Below, piece after piece: positions 39,176-49,875 of a stretch of DNA of 64,000 nucleotides (within the stretch, counting starts at the first letter, position 1; each line of letters begins with the position of its first letter). The DNA is taken from assembly GCA_965247115.1 (NCBI GenBank), contig CBDFGR010000002.1, positions 800,001-864,000 on the forward strand. The letters are read 5' to 3'. The stretch comes from Myxococcota bacterium (GTDB lineage: Bacteria > Myxococcota_A > UBA9160 > SZUA-336). Made by a program: the position numbers and the translations under genes. The notes under the pieces were generated by a model. It searched no databases and was not told the origin of the DNA. It saw only the letters and a list, made by a program, of their open reading frames with translations.

Positions 39176-39596
39176 GCGAGCGGAGGGGCCAGGGGAGCTG
39201 ACGCGCCGTAAGGCCCTCGCGGCGGGGGCCGGCCTGGTCGTGGGCGCGCTCGAATTTGGTTTCGTGCGAGAGGCCGCGGCGGCGCGAGAGTCCATCACAC
39301 AGATCGCGACGTTCGGGCTGAACGCGGAGCGCGAGGACGAGGCCCTCGACGCGATCCGGCGCATGTGCGACAGGGTGGAAGCGGAGGAGCCCGGGGTCCT
39401 CGCCTACGCCGCCTACCGGAGTGAGGACGATCTGTCGCGCGTCGTGTTTTTCGAGATCTACGCGGATGCCGCAGCGGTCGAGGCCCACGGGACGACGCCC
39501 CACATGGGCGAGTTTGGGAGTGCGTTCGGGTCGCTCCTGCTGCCGCCGGTGGAGCTCGAGAAGCTGACCCCCATCGCGGGCTTCACCAACCGGTAG
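39168..39596 (+). CDS. Antibiotic biosynthesis monooxygenase (quinol monooxygenase-like) with Tat-like leader
   Basis: LTRRKALAAGAG; EEPGVLAY..FFEIYAD..AHGTTPH. Confidence 0.85.
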   Translation: MFERAEGPGELTRRKALAAGAGLVVGALEFGFVREAAAARESITQIATFGLNAEREDEALDAIRRMCDRVEAEEPGVLAYAAYRSEDDLSRVVFFEIYADAAAVEAHGTTPHMGEFGSAFGSLLLPPVELEKLTPIAGFTNR

Positions 39597-39634
39597 CGTT
39601 CATCATGAGCGCGGTTGCTTTCGCCCGCTCGGCT

Positions 39635-40084
39635 TCACTTCGCTACAACGAAGACCATGTTGCCCGCATCAGCTTTCAGGTTTAGATGGAGCTTTCCATC
39701 GAAGAGCACGTAAGTGGCCGTATTCCCCAGTCTCCCCAGGTAGCGCTGATCGAGGGACTCGTCGCCACAATAGGCGAGCGTACTGGGGCCCAGCGTGTTG
39801 AACGTGAGACGGCTGCCTTCCAACGTGTACGTCCAGATCAGCCGATTGCAGTCGGCTCGGATGTGGGCATCATGGTCCGATCGTAAGGTCAGGGTGTATT
39901 TCGCAGTATCCGGAACGCGGATGTCGCTGTTTTCGTCACCATCCGCCGAGTCCTGGAACTCCTGCCAATGCCAGACTCTCCCTACGAGTTCTGTAGCTCC
40001 TTCGGGTGCGTCCTTCTCTTTCTCTCCACAAGCGCCGACCACCACCATGAATGCGCCAATCAGAACCGCCGCTGTCCGTCTCAC
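39635..40084 (-). CDS. META domain lipoprotein
   Basis: Lipobox VVGAC, ADCNR and STLAYC motifs; GAGGAG RBS before GTG 40084. Confidence 0.85.
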   Translation of the reverse strand: MRRTAAVLIGAFMVVVGACGEKEKDAPEGATELVGRVWHWQEFQDSADGDENSDIRVPDTAKYTLTLRSDHDAHIRADCNRLIWTYTLEGSRLTFNTLGPSTLAYCGDESLDQRYLGRLGNTATYVLFDGKLHLNLKADAGNMVFVVAK

Positions 40085-40298
40085 GTCTGCGTCCTCCTCA
40101 AACTGAGCGCTTGTAGGTCTGACCGTGAGGTGCATTCACCCCGAGACGGCGTACCCAATCGACTAGCTCCCCTAGCGCGCCCGCAGCTGCGCGGAGGTCC
40201 AGCGCCGATCGTCTCGAGTGTTGTCGCCCACCGCGCATATCCCGATCGAGGTCGAGCTCTGCCTGGTTGCTAGGATCCTCCTAAGGGCCACTCCGCTC

Positions 40299-41546
40299 CT
40301 AGCGGTTCCGCATGAACCGCTTGCGCCAGTCCTGATCCTGGAGATCGTACTTCTCCATGAATTCGTCGAGCATGCGCTTCTGAGCGGGTTGTGCGCCCTC
40401 GTCCCAGCGCCCCTGCAGGATGAAGTTCGTGTACTCGCTGGGGCGACCCCTCTCGGGCGGAGGTTGCACCGCCTCGCCCGGGACCGACCAGGCGTCAGCC
40501 GGCGCGACGGCCATGCGCTCGCGGATCTCGTCTTTCGTGACGTTCCAGACCATCAGGTCCGTGGCCATGGAGAGCGGCCCCGCGTAGGTCTCTCGGATGT
40601 TGTCGTAGAGGCCGTAGCGCGTGCCCTCTTCGTTGAAGAAGTGGTACGCCACGGCGTGGCGTGGCTCGATCGTACTCATAATCTTGCCGAACGCCTGTCC
40701 CGACGTATGGAAGGCGCAGCAGGCGCGCCATGCGAGTTGGGGCGGCATGTTGTACCAGCGGACGAAGTCCTCCGGCTGGAGAAAGGTCTCGTGGATTACG
40801 AGGTCCGCGCCCTTTGCGTGCTCGAGGAACCACGTGTTGGGGAAGGTGTCACCCCCGATGACGAGCTTCATCCCCGCGTACTCGAGGATGAAGCTCACCG
40901 GGCCGTCGCCCGCGTGGACCGCCGGGATGGAGCGGATCGCGACCCCGTTCTCCTCGTACACGACCTGGTTGATGCCTTTGTAGTCGAACTCGTGGACCTG
41001 GATGGTCCCCGGAACCGGCGAGATCTGCACCGCGCGTGTCTGGAAATCCCAGTTGGCGAACTTCATGAAGTTCTCCATGGAGTACCGCGTCCCCATCTCG
41101 GGCCGAGTTCCGCTCGGTCCCCAGACCTGGAGCGCGCTCGTCCGGCCGGCTGTCCAGCCCCCGGCCCAGAGCGCGTCGATGTCGCCCATGTGGTCGGTGT
41201 GCAAGTGGGTGAGGAAGACCTTGTCCAGCATGTCGTACGGGATCATCAGGGCCGCCACGTTGGCCATGGACCCCGTACCGATGTCGAACAGGAACTTGTC
41301 GCCGTTTCCCAGCTCCGCGAGAAAGCACGTGGCGGCCTGACCGTGCCGCGCTGCGGGCATACCTGTTCCGCAGGCGATGAGCCGGACCTCGTCCTTCTTT
41401 AGCTCCTCGGTGCCGGGGTAGTAGACATAGCGATCCGGCGCCGCACCGGTAGGCGAGGTCACCGTGCCTCCGGCCCCGAGGAACAGAATGACGGTGACCG
41501 TCAGGCCGATGCCCGAAAGAAATGCTCCTGTGACTGTGAGTCTCAT
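40299..41546 (-). CDS. RNase Z/arylsulfatase-like MBL hydrolase (GntH-like), exported
   Basis: CGTGMP, THLHTDH, GGDT, IHE and FHTS motifs. Confidence 0.9.
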   Translation of the reverse strand: MRLTVTGAFLSGIGLTVTVILFLGAGGTVTSPTGAAPDRYVYYPGTEELKKDEVRLIACGTGMPAARHGQAATCFLAELGNGDKFLFDIGTGSMANVAALMIPYDMLDKVFLTHLHTDHMGDIDALWAGGWTAGRTSALQVWGPSGTRPEMGTRYSMENFMKFANWDFQTRAVQISPVPGTIQVHEFDYKGINQVVYEENGVAIRSIPAVHAGDGPVSFILEYAGMKLVIGGDTFPNTWFLEHAKGADLVIHETFLQPEDFVRWYNMPPQLAWRACCAFHTSGQAFGKIMSTIEPRHAVAYHFFNEEGTRYGLYDNIRETYAGPLSMATDLMVWNVTKDEIRERMAVAPADAWSVPGEAVQPPPERGRPSEYTNFILQGRWDEGAQPAQKRMLDEFMEKYDLQDQDWRKRFMRNR

Positions 41547-41564
41547 CTTGCCTCCATCATCGCT

Positions 41565-42578
41565 TTACGATCCGAAGATCGGCTCCTTGACCAGTCGCGG
41601 GATGACCGGCACGAAGTAGAACTTGAGCAAGAACTTCTTGCCGTAGTTCTTCGGGCTCTTCACGAACCAGTTGAATTCGGCGCCAACTCGGACAGGCATG
41701 GGCCCCAGGAAGAAGGTCCTACTGATGCCCAGTCCAATCGGGATGCTCCACTTGTCATCACTGTCGGCCTCCCAGTTGACGTCGATCATCGGGGCCGCTC
41801 CGATGCTCCACTGTCCTTTCCAGGGCGGCTTGTAATAGTAGATGTACTGGATCTGGGACGTCTTGACGCGCGCCCGGTCGCTGTTCCCCCCGATGGACCA
41901 GAGGTGGTGCTGGTGGAAAAGCCCGAAGGTCCAGCGGCCGTCCTTTGCGGGCAGTCGCATGAGGACGTTCGACGGCCCGAACGAGTACCGTTCCGACCCG
42001 AATTGATCCTCGGTCGCCGTCGGGAAGCGAAACGCCGGTCCCACGCCCCAGACGAACTTGGACCCATCGGAGAGTTCCCTGGGCTCGGCCGGTGAGAGCA
42101 TCGACCACACCATGATGTCGCCCCACGCGGTCTCACGGCTCGAACTGACGTTGGAGAGCAGCAGGTCTTTCGGCGAGGGGCGGCTGTTGCAGTTGCCCGG
42201 GCAGTCTCCGAACGTCGGTGGATTCAGACGGAGCAGAGGCGCGCTGACCAGCGGAATGATCGGTCGGGTGACCAGGTTCCAGTTCTTCGTGAGCGGGATG
42301 GGCAGGATGGGTTGAATCAAGAGGCTGTTGATCCATTGGGAGTCCGGCGCGGGATCTCCGCGGTAACGCGTCAGATCGTTTTCGGTGAAGATGATCCAGA
42401 GGTTTCCCAGCGGATTGTCCATCATTCGGGCAATCTCTTCGAGGGACATCCCCCCTCCACTCGAGTCACTCTCCGACGCGTCGTCGGACGTCTGGCCCCA
42501 CGCAGGTGTGGCCGCCATCAGCGCCGAGGTCAGAGTCAAAGCACAGACCAGAATCGAAGCTCGGTAGAAACCAGCCAT
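41565..42578 (-). CDS. Putative outer-membrane beta-barrel protein ('neuromedin U'-annotated family)
   Basis: Signal peptide; NPLGNL, QPILPIPL..WNLVTR, WGVGP..FPTAT and WSIPIGLG motifs. Confidence 0.75.
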   Translation of the reverse strand: MAGFYRASILVCALTLTSALMAATPAWGQTSDDASESDSSGGGMSLEEIARMMDNPLGNLWIIFTENDLTRYRGDPAPDSQWINSLLIQPILPIPLTKNWNLVTRPIIPLVSAPLLRLNPPTFGDCPGNCNSRPSPKDLLLSNVSSSRETAWGDIMVWSMLSPAEPRELSDGSKFVWGVGPAFRFPTATEDQFGSERYSFGPSNVLMRLPAKDGRWTFGLFHQHHLWSIGGNSDRARVKTSQIQYIYYYKPPWKGQWSIGAAPMIDVNWEADSDDKWSIPIGLGISRTFFLGPMPVRVGAEFNWFVKSPKNYGKKFLLKFYFVPVIPRLVKEPIFGS

Positions 42579-42834
42579 CCCTGTCCTCCACAGCAGTGTT
42601 CACGCGAGAGCGGATACAAAGAAGCGTACAACGCACGCGCGATCTGGTACAAGCTGACGGGAGCGTGACCGGTCGGGATTCGCGATCTCCGATTCGGATA
42701 TGGCGAGGGGGGCTTTCGCTCGCCGCACGACACGCGGGAACTAGAATGGGAGGGCGACGGAGCGGAACCTCGACGGCGCTCGCGCTTCTATGCGATCCTG
42801 CTTCTTATCTCCCGCCGAGAACAGAGGGGAACGT

Positions 42835-43956
42835 ATGCCGCGTTCGACGATTGACAGGGCGGGTTCAACAAGCGGTTCAACAGCCCGAGTCCCCCGCTGG
42901 GATGAGCAACCGGAGACCATAAAGTTCATCCGCTTCGATGCCCTTCAGTATGAAGGTGCGTGGGAGCCGGAAGCCTACGATCCAGCATCGGCGCACGCGA
43001 CCTTCGAGAGTTCGATCGAAGATGCTATCGAGGCGGAGAAGCTCGGCTTTGACGGCCTGGTTACGACAGAGCATCACTTCGACGCGTGGACCCTGGTGCC
43101 ATCGCCGAACGTCTACCTCGCTGCCGTAGCGAGGGAGACGTCGAGGATCCGTCTCGGCCAGGCGGTCCAGGTGCTCAGCGTCCACAGCCCCTGGCGCCTC
43201 GCCGAGGAGCTGGGCATGCTCGACATGCTGAGCAATGGCCGGGCCGAGATCGGCGTGGGAAAGGGCAACTTCTCAGTCGAGCGAACCCGCTACACGCCGG
43301 CGGAGAGCGAGTTGCAGTCGCGATTCGACGAGGCCCTCGAGTTGCTCACCAAGGCGCTCCGCGATCACTCGATTACCTTCCACGGCAAGTACACGACCAT
43401 CAGCGAGCCGTCCACTGTCTACCCCAGACCCTTTGACACTTCGCTACGGATCTGGATTCCTGCGACGCGGCCCGAGACCGCCGAGCAAATCGGTCGCATG
43501 GGTCACAATCTGTATGGTCCCCTCTCTCCGGATGCCTATGGAACCCTCGAGCGCTATGTAGAAGCGGGACGGGCTGCCGGCCATCACCTTTCGGGCGCCA
43601 ACTACATGGTCGCGACATCCATCATCATCGCGCCCTCAGAAGTGGAGGCCAAGGAGGCGCAGGCTCATGCGAGAGAGATCGCTTGGGATGCGATGATGCG
43701 CAGGGGGCTCCCCAAGCCAGAAGCCGAGCTGTACCTTCCCCTATTCGGAGGTGCCATCATCGGCTCCCCCCAGGCCGTCCTGGATCAATTGAGCCAGGGC
43801 CTCCTTGCGAGCGGCGCGCGGCGCCTCAATCTGGTTATCCGCATGCGCGGAATTCCGCAGGAGGTAGCCAGACAAACGCAGCGGATGTTTGCTTCGGAGG
43901 TAATGCCGCATCTGAGGAGCTTGCAGCCCGGGATCGGGGAGTCCCGCGACTCATAA
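42835..43956 (+). CDS. LLM-class flavin-dependent oxidoreductase
   Basis: TTEHHF and PWRLAEELGMLDMLSNGRAEIGVGKG motifs; start uncertain. Confidence 0.88.
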   Translation: MPRSTIDRAGSTSGSTARVPRWDEQPETIKFIRFDALQYEGAWEPEAYDPASAHATFESSIEDAIEAEKLGFDGLVTTEHHFDAWTLVPSPNVYLAAVARETSRIRLGQAVQVLSVHSPWRLAEELGMLDMLSNGRAEIGVGKGNFSVERTRYTPAESELQSRFDEALELLTKALRDHSITFHGKYTTISEPSTVYPRPFDTSLRIWIPATRPETAEQIGRMGHNLYGPLSPDAYGTLERYVEAGRAAGHHLSGANYMVATSIIIAPSEVEAKEAQAHAREIAWDAMMRRGLPKPEAELYLPLFGGAIIGSPQAVLDQLSQGLLASGARRLNLVIRMRGIPQEVARQTQRMFASEVMPHLRSLQPGIGESRDS

Positions 43957-44088
43957 ACACTACGTAGCGATCGGCGTGCTGGAGGGCCTCGTGACCGAGG
44001 ACAAGCATTTCTCGACGGTGCGTGAGATACTTGAGCCTTCACCACGCGGCGTCAGTGAGTCGCGGACTGTAGCTCGATCCCTAATTTC

Positions 44089-45378
44089 ATGAGGAACAGG
44101 ATGAAGACAGGTCGTTGGTTCGCAGGAGTTGCCGCTGTAGCGGTGATGCTAGGAGTTGCCTGGACGCTGGAGGTGGACGTTCGCGTCCGGTCAGCTCAGG
44201 CGGAGTCGAACAAGGAGTGGCCAAGCACGAGTCCGTTTCCCCAGCACGAGGCGTACTTCCCGGGTAGCGAGACTCTCGACGAGGACGAGATGCGAGTTGT
44301 CGCATGCGGTACTGGCATGCCTCAGCCGCGCCTCAAGCAGGCCGCGGCTTGCTTCCTTGTCGAGCTAGGGAACGGCGACAAGTTCATCTTCGACATGGGG
44401 GAGGGATCGTTCGAGCGCATCATGGCGCTGGGTATCCCCCTCGACCAGCTCGACAAGGTCTTCCTCGGGCACCTCCACCTTGACCACGCAGGCGACTTTC
44501 CGGCCTTCTACTTCACCGGGCCCGTGAACAACCGGCTGACGCCGGTCCGCCTCTGGGGCCCGAGCGGCGTCCGACCCGGCTGGGGAACGAAGGCGTGGGT
44601 GGAGAACATGATGGAGATGTGGGCATGGGAAACGGCCACGCGCGGGAGCGCGGTGGATCCGCGCGGGCTCGAGCTCGAAGTTAACGAGTTCGACTGGATG
44701 GGGGTCAACGAAGTGATCTACGACGAGAATGGCGTAGTGATTCGCACCCTTCCCGCGATCCACGGGGACCAGTCCGTGAGCTTTCTCCTCGACTGGAAGG
44801 GACTTCGCTTTGCGTTCTCTAGCGACAACATGCCCAACAAGTGGTGGCGCGAGCATGCAGTCAACGCCGACCTGTCTGTCCACGAGTGTTTCATTCCGCC
44901 GCAAATGATGGTGGAGCGCTACGGCATGACCCCCAGCGAGGCCGTGTTCGTCGGCACCCAGGGCCACACGGCAGCTCAGGCCTTCGGCAAGATCATGTCG
45001 CTCACGAAGCCAAAGCGCGCGGTCTGCTACCACTTCCAGAACGACTTCGACACCCAGCTAGCAGTCGCGTCAGAGATCCGCAAGACCTACGACGGCCCGC
45101 TCGATCTCGCGCTGGACTTCATGACCTGGAACGTCACCAAGGACGGTATCCGCACGCGTATGGGCGTGCCGAACCACGAGAGCTTCCCGGCCCCGCCCCA
45201 GCGTCAGAAGCAGCCACCGGACTCGATGAAGGCTTACCAGTGGACGAAGTTTAGCCTGAGCGGAGTCGAGCCGGAGTCGGCCGCGGTCACGAACGCGCTC
45301 ATCGAAGCCTTCAACAAACACAACGGTACCGATCTGAAGCCGGCCCTAACCGGGCTTCCCTTCGTGGGCAGACAGTAG
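44089..45378 (+). CDS. RNase Z/arylsulfatase-like MBL hydrolase (GntH-like), exported
   Basis: CGTGMP, GHLHLDH, SSDN, VHEC and GHT motifs; likely start ATG 44101. Confidence 0.9.
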   Translation: MRNRMKTGRWFAGVAAVAVMLGVAWTLEVDVRVRSAQAESNKEWPSTSPFPQHEAYFPGSETLDEDEMRVVACGTGMPQPRLKQAAACFLVELGNGDKFIFDMGEGSFERIMALGIPLDQLDKVFLGHLHLDHAGDFPAFYFTGPVNNRLTPVRLWGPSGVRPGWGTKAWVENMMEMWAWETATRGSAVDPRGLELEVNEFDWMGVNEVIYDENGVVIRTLPAIHGDQSVSFLLDWKGLRFAFSSDNMPNKWWREHAVNADLSVHECFIPPQMMVERYGMTPSEAVFVGTQGHTAAQAFGKIMSLTKPKRAVCYHFQNDFDTQLAVASEIRKTYDGPLDLALDFMTWNVTKDGIRTRMGVPNHESFPAPPQRQKQPPDSMKAYQWTKFSLSGVEPESAAVTNALIEAFNKHNGTDLKPALTGLPFVGRQ

Positions 45379-45397
45379 TACTCGTAACTGACGCCCG

Positions 45398-46906
45398 GTG
45401 GTTTTCTCCAGACGAGAAGCGCTCACTCTTCTGGGCGGGGGCGCGGTGGCATCGCTGTGCACTGCCTGCTCTCCGAGGTCTTCTTCTCCGCGTGCGGATG
45501 TCTCGCTCGAAGGACCCCTCCACTACGCGAGCTTGCTCGACGTCTCCCGCCTGATCGAGGCAGGCGAGCTCTCCCCGGTCGAGCTAGCGGAGACGATCCT
45601 CGCTCGAATCGAGCTGCTCGACGGCAGCCTCCACAGCTATCTGACGGTACTGGCCGACAGTGCAAGGTCTGCGGCTCGGGCAGCGGAACAGGAAATTGTT
45701 GCCGGCAACCACCGAGGGCCACTCCACGGCGTACCGATCGCCGTGAAGGACCTCTGTTACACGGAGGGTGTACCAACGACCGGTGGTCTCACGTTCATGG
45801 CCGACTTCTTGCCTGACTACGATGCGACGGTGGTTACTCGCCTGGCCGACGCCGGAGCCGTCATCCTCGGGAAGCTCAACCTCACCGAGGGGGCGATGGC
45901 CGGCTATCACCCGGACTTCCCGATACCGGTCAATCCATGGGACGAATCGCTCGCCGTCGGCGGATCGTCCAGCGGATCGGGCGTCGCAACGGCGGCGGGC
46001 CTCTGCTACGCGTCTTTGGGTACCGACACGGGAGGCTCCATCCGCTTCCCGTCGGCAGCAAACGGCATTGTCGGCCTGAAGCCCACGTACGGACGTGTCA
46101 GCCGATACGGGGTCATCGAGCTCGCGGGATCCTTGGATCACGTGGGGCCAATGACACGGTATGTGTCCGATGCCGCCGCGATGTTCGAGGCTATCGCTGG
46201 ATCGGACCCCAACGACTCCACGTCGCTGTCCGACCCCGTCCCCGGCATTCTCCAAACGCTGACCGGTGACATCGGCGGCATGCGTATCGGGTACGACCGT
46301 GCGTACGCGACGGATGACATCGATCCGGGCCTGGTCGCGGCGCTGGCGTCTGCGCTCGGGGTGATCGAAGGACTAGGGGCCGAGGTCGTGGACGTGACCC
46401 TGCCCGAGTTCACCGCGGACCACTTCGATATGTGGATTGCCCTGTGCTCCTACGAGGCCGTCCGTGCGCACTCCGCGACGTTCCCGATCAGAGCCGCGGA
46501 CTACGGAGCTTTCATGCGCGGCTTTCTGAAAATCGGGTCGACCGTCACCGACGAGGCCTATACCGCCCTGCGGGCAGACTTCGCCAACCGTTTCCGCGAG
46601 GCCATGTCCTCGATCGACGCCGTGCTCTGTCCGGCGGGGCACGTTCCCTCCCCGGCCTCCGAAGAGGTCGGGTACGGTGGAATAGAGGCTATCGAAGCAG
46701 CTGCGGAGAGCCCGAACCTCCGGTTCACCTTCCCGGCGGACCTCGCCGGTACGCCGACAATCACGTTGCCCTGCGGCGCCAATGACAGCGGAGCTCCCTA
46801 CGCAATGCAACTCATGGGCGGCCGGTTAACCGAGCCTGTCCTCTGTCGCCTGGCGTACGCCTATGAGCAGGCTACCGAGTGGCATTCGCGACATCCTGCT
46901 GTGTGA
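45398..46906 (+). CDS. Amidase with Tat/lipoprotein-like leader
   Basis: SRREAL..C; GVPIAVKD, GGSSSGSG and GTDTGGSIRFPS motifs. Confidence 0.92.
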   Translation: MVFSRREALTLLGGGAVASLCTACSPRSSSPRADVSLEGPLHYASLLDVSRLIEAGELSPVELAETILARIELLDGSLHSYLTVLADSARSAARAAEQEIVAGNHRGPLHGVPIAVKDLCYTEGVPTTGGLTFMADFLPDYDATVVTRLADAGAVILGKLNLTEGAMAGYHPDFPIPVNPWDESLAVGGSSSGSGVATAAGLCYASLGTDTGGSIRFPSAANGIVGLKPTYGRVSRYGVIELAGSLDHVGPMTRYVSDAAAMFEAIAGSDPNDSTSLSDPVPGILQTLTGDIGGMRIGYDRAYATDDIDPGLVAALASALGVIEGLGAEVVDVTLPEFTADHFDMWIALCSYEAVRAHSATFPIRAADYGAFMRGFLKIGSTVTDEAYTALRADFANRFREAMSSIDAVLCPAGHVPSPASEEVGYGGIEAIEAAAESPNLRFTFPADLAGTPTITLPCGANDSGAPYAMQLMGGRLTEPVLCRLAYAYEQATEWHSRHPAV

Positions 46907-47120
46907 ACCGCCAAAGGGCGAGTTCGAGCGCGCGGTGCCCGGCTTTCAGCAGAGCTGGGTGAGCGATTTCGCGGAGTTGAGGAGATCACAGTCCCCATCT
47001 AGTATGCTGCGTGTCTCACCAGACAGGAAGCACCCAGATGCCCAGCTACGACTCGATCGTCCGCAACGGGCAAGTGCACCGGCGCGCTGCCCGGGTCGCT
47101 CGCAGCACGAACTACACGGT

Positions 47121-48002
47121 ATGACCAAGCTCCAGACCTACTTTGCCGCGTATTCGCCATCCGAGAGCGAGACAGCAACAAGCCCCACATTGGAACGGGT
47201 TGATCCCAGCAGTGGCTCCAAAGCGATTGCACGCCTACTTGAGCGAGACGGGGCGGTTGTAGTGGAGAACGCGCTCAGCGCCAGTCAACTGAATAGTCTG
47301 AACACAGAGCTCGATGTGGTCGCCGAGGGTGTCGCTCCGGGTCTTCGTCATCCCTCCCACGAGGATGTGATCGAGTTCTATGGTCACAACACGATACGTC
47401 TCGATGGGTTACCGGCGCGCTCCGAGACGTTTCGGGAAGTCATGACCTCACAACCGATTTGTGGGGTAGCGGATGAATTGTTGCTTCCCAATTGCGACGA
47501 CTATCTGCTTAACACCGGTCAGTTGATTCAAATCGGACCCGGAGAGACCGGACAATTTCTACATCGCGACGAAGACGCGTGGGCTTTTTTTAGGCCCCCC
47601 AAACCGCTGCTGCAAGTGGAGGCGATGTTCGCGCTGACTGATTTCACCCAGGACAACGGAGCTACACACGTGGTTCTCGGGTCACACACATGGCCACCGG
47701 AGCGAGAGCCGAAGACAGAAGAAGTCACTCAGGCAGAGATGAGAGCGGGTTCCGCGTTATTTTACTTGGGTACAACCATTCACGGTGGCGGGGCCAATGA
47801 CACCAAAGACGAATGGCGTAGAGGGATGTTCTTCGGATTTGTCGTGGGGTGGCTGCGGACTGAAGAGAACACCTTTCTGACTGTGCCGATGGAGAAAGTC
47901 AAAGAAATGCCGCTCAGGGTGCAGGAGTTGCTGGGATACAAGGCGCATGTCGGTATTGGAGTCGCGGATGTCGGAAGCCCCATGGCTTTGCTGAGGAAGT
48001 AG
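47121..48002 (+). CDS. Phytanoyl-CoA dioxygenase (PhyH) family protein
   Basis: QFLHRDED, NGATHVVLGSH, HGGGAN and GWLRTEEN motifs. Confidence 0.92.
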   Translation: MTKLQTYFAAYSPSESETATSPTLERVDPSSGSKAIARLLERDGAVVVENALSASQLNSLNTELDVVAEGVAPGLRHPSHEDVIEFYGHNTIRLDGLPARSETFREVMTSQPICGVADELLLPNCDDYLLNTGQLIQIGPGETGQFLHRDEDAWAFFRPPKPLLQVEAMFALTDFTQDNGATHVVLGSHTWPPEREPKTEEVTQAEMRAGSALFYLGTTIHGGGANDTKDEWRRGMFFGFVVGWLRTEENTFLTVPMEKVKEMPLRVQELLGYKAHVGIGVADVGSPMALLRK

Positions 48003-48050
48003 ACTTCGGGTCTGTATACCGGATCACCGTCACGCTCATCGCTCGCTGAA

Positions 48051-48884
48051 TCAGTCGAGCAGCTGCGCATACGTGTCGAGCTGCTTCAAGATCGCGTCCT
48101 CCGACTCGCTGGGCAGGCCCAGGATCATCCGTTCCACTCCGAGCTTCTCGATCTGCTCCAGCTCTCCTCGGCTGGTCGGCGCGAAGAAGAGTGACACGGA
48201 GATGGAGCTGCGATCACGGCCCTTCTCCTCGCAGAGACGCTTCAGCTGTCCGAGCCTCTCCTCCAGGTCACACGCGCCCAAGACCGGAAGCCAGCCGTCG
48301 GCGTAGTCGACGACGCGTTCGAGCGCCCACTTGGAGCTCGCACCAATCAGGACCGGAGGATGCGGCTTCTGCACGGGCTTCGGCTCGACCCAGGAGGGCT
48401 CAAAGTCGACGAACTCTCCATGATATTCGGCCTCCTTCTCGGTCCAGCACGCCTTCATTGCCAGGACACATTCCCGCGTCACCTTCCAGCGCTGCTCGAA
48501 CGCCACGCCGTGAGTCTCCAGCTCCTCGGCGTTCCAGCCCGCCCCGATCCCGAACAGGAAACGGCCCCCGGAGAGCACGTCGAGGGAGGCCACGCGCTTG
48601 GCCAGGGCAACGGGATGGTGCTCCGGCACCAGACAGATCCCCGTCCCCACCTTCAGCCGCTCGGTCACGGCGGCGGCCTGAGCGAGTCCGATGAAGGGAT
48701 CGTAAGACTCCCAGTAGTTGCTGGGCAGCTCGTCACCCAGCGGCCACGGCGAGCGCCTCGAGACCGGGATGTGCGTATGTTCAACGAAAAACAGCGACTC
48801 GAAGCCTCGTGCCTCCGCCTCGCGCGCCAGCGCGACAGGCTGAATCGAATACTCCGTCGGAAAGATCGATAACCCGATGTCCAT
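48051..48884 (-). CDS. LLM-class F420-dependent-type oxidoreductase (Rv2161c-like)
   Basis: EHTHIP, GIGAGWNAEE and PKPVQKPHPP motifs. Confidence 0.92.
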   Translation of the reverse strand: MDIGLSIFPTEYSIQPVALAREAEARGFESLFFVEHTHIPVSRRSPWPLGDELPSNYWESYDPFIGLAQAAAVTERLKVGTGICLVPEHHPVALAKRVASLDVLSGGRFLFGIGAGWNAEELETHGVAFEQRWKVTRECVLAMKACWTEKEAEYHGEFVDFEPSWVEPKPVQKPHPPVLIGASSKWALERVVDYADGWLPVLGACDLEERLGQLKRLCEEKGRDRSSISVSLFFAPTSRGELEQIEKLGVERMILGLPSESEDAILKQLDTYAQLLD

Positions 48885-48986
48885 GACGTACCTCCAGACC
48901 ACAGGATATCATGCGCGAGAACCCGCCTGCGACGCGGGCCAAATTCCTCGGACCGTCGAGTCTGTCGTCACGTATGACGCCCAGCT

Positions 48987-49775
48987 TTACAGCGCGAGGG
49001 TAAATCCGCCATTCACCGGATACGTCTGGCCGGTAATCCAACTGTTGGAATCGGATGCGAGAAACAGAACCATGTTGGCAACGTCGGCGGGTTGCCCGGG
49101 TCGGCGAATAATGTAGTTCTGCATCCAACGTTTCAGCATTTCCGGGTTGGCCGTCGTCTTTTCCGTTGCGGGGGTGACGGTCAGAGCGATGGCCACGCAG
49201 TTTGCGGTGATCTGGTAGCGCCCCAGTGTTCGCGCCACGGAGCGCATGAATCCAGCCGCACCCGCTTTGGCCCCGGCGTAGAGCGCTAACCCCGCATCTC
49301 CATAGCGACCGGCGTCCGAAATCATGGTGATAATTCGACCACCTCTGGCTTCGATCATGCCTGGGATGACGGCGCTGGTGCAGTTGATAACGCCGTCGAA
49401 ATTGACGCCGATGTAGCCTTTCCACACGTCGGGACCGGTTTCCCAGAAAGGAGCGCGCAGCTCCGGACTCGGGTTCACACCCTGATTACCGGCATTGTTG
49501 ACCAGGACGCCAACGGGCCCGAGGTTTTCTGCGGTCTTGGCCACGGCGTCCTGCACAGCGTCGTAATCAGACACGTCCGCCTGCACCGCAAACGCCTTGC
49601 CGCCTGCTTGCCGAATCTCCTCTACGACGGACTCGGCGCGCTCGATGAAGTAGTCGTTTACCGCCACGCCGCCTGCATTGTGGGCCGCAAAATGCAGCGC
49701 AATCTGTCGGCCGACACCCTGTCCTGCGCCAGTGACGAAGGCGACGCGGCCAGCCAGATCCAGAATATCACTCAT
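48987..49775 (-). CDS. Short-chain dehydrogenase/reductase
   Basis: TGAGQGVG, NNAG and YAGAK motifs. Confidence 0.93.
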   Translation of the reverse strand: MSDILDLAGRVAFVTGAGQGVGRQIALHFAAHNAGGVAVNDYFIERAESVVEEIRQAGGKAFAVQADVSDYDAVQDAVAKTAENLGPVGVLVNNAGNQGVNPSPELRAPFWETGPDVWKGYIGVNFDGVINCTSAVIPGMIEARGGRIITMISDAGRYGDAGLALYAGAKAGAAGFMRSVARTLGRYQITANCVAIALTVTPATEKTTANPEMLKRWMQNYIIRRPGQPADVANMVLFLASDSNSWITGQTYPVNGGFTLAL

Positions 49776-49875
49776 ACTTTCATCACTCCCTTTTCCAGTG
49801 GTTTCAAAGCCAAGCTCAGCACCTTCTAAAAGCCGAGCACCCGGGGAGCGGTCGCGGTGGAAAGCCGGCGAGCGG

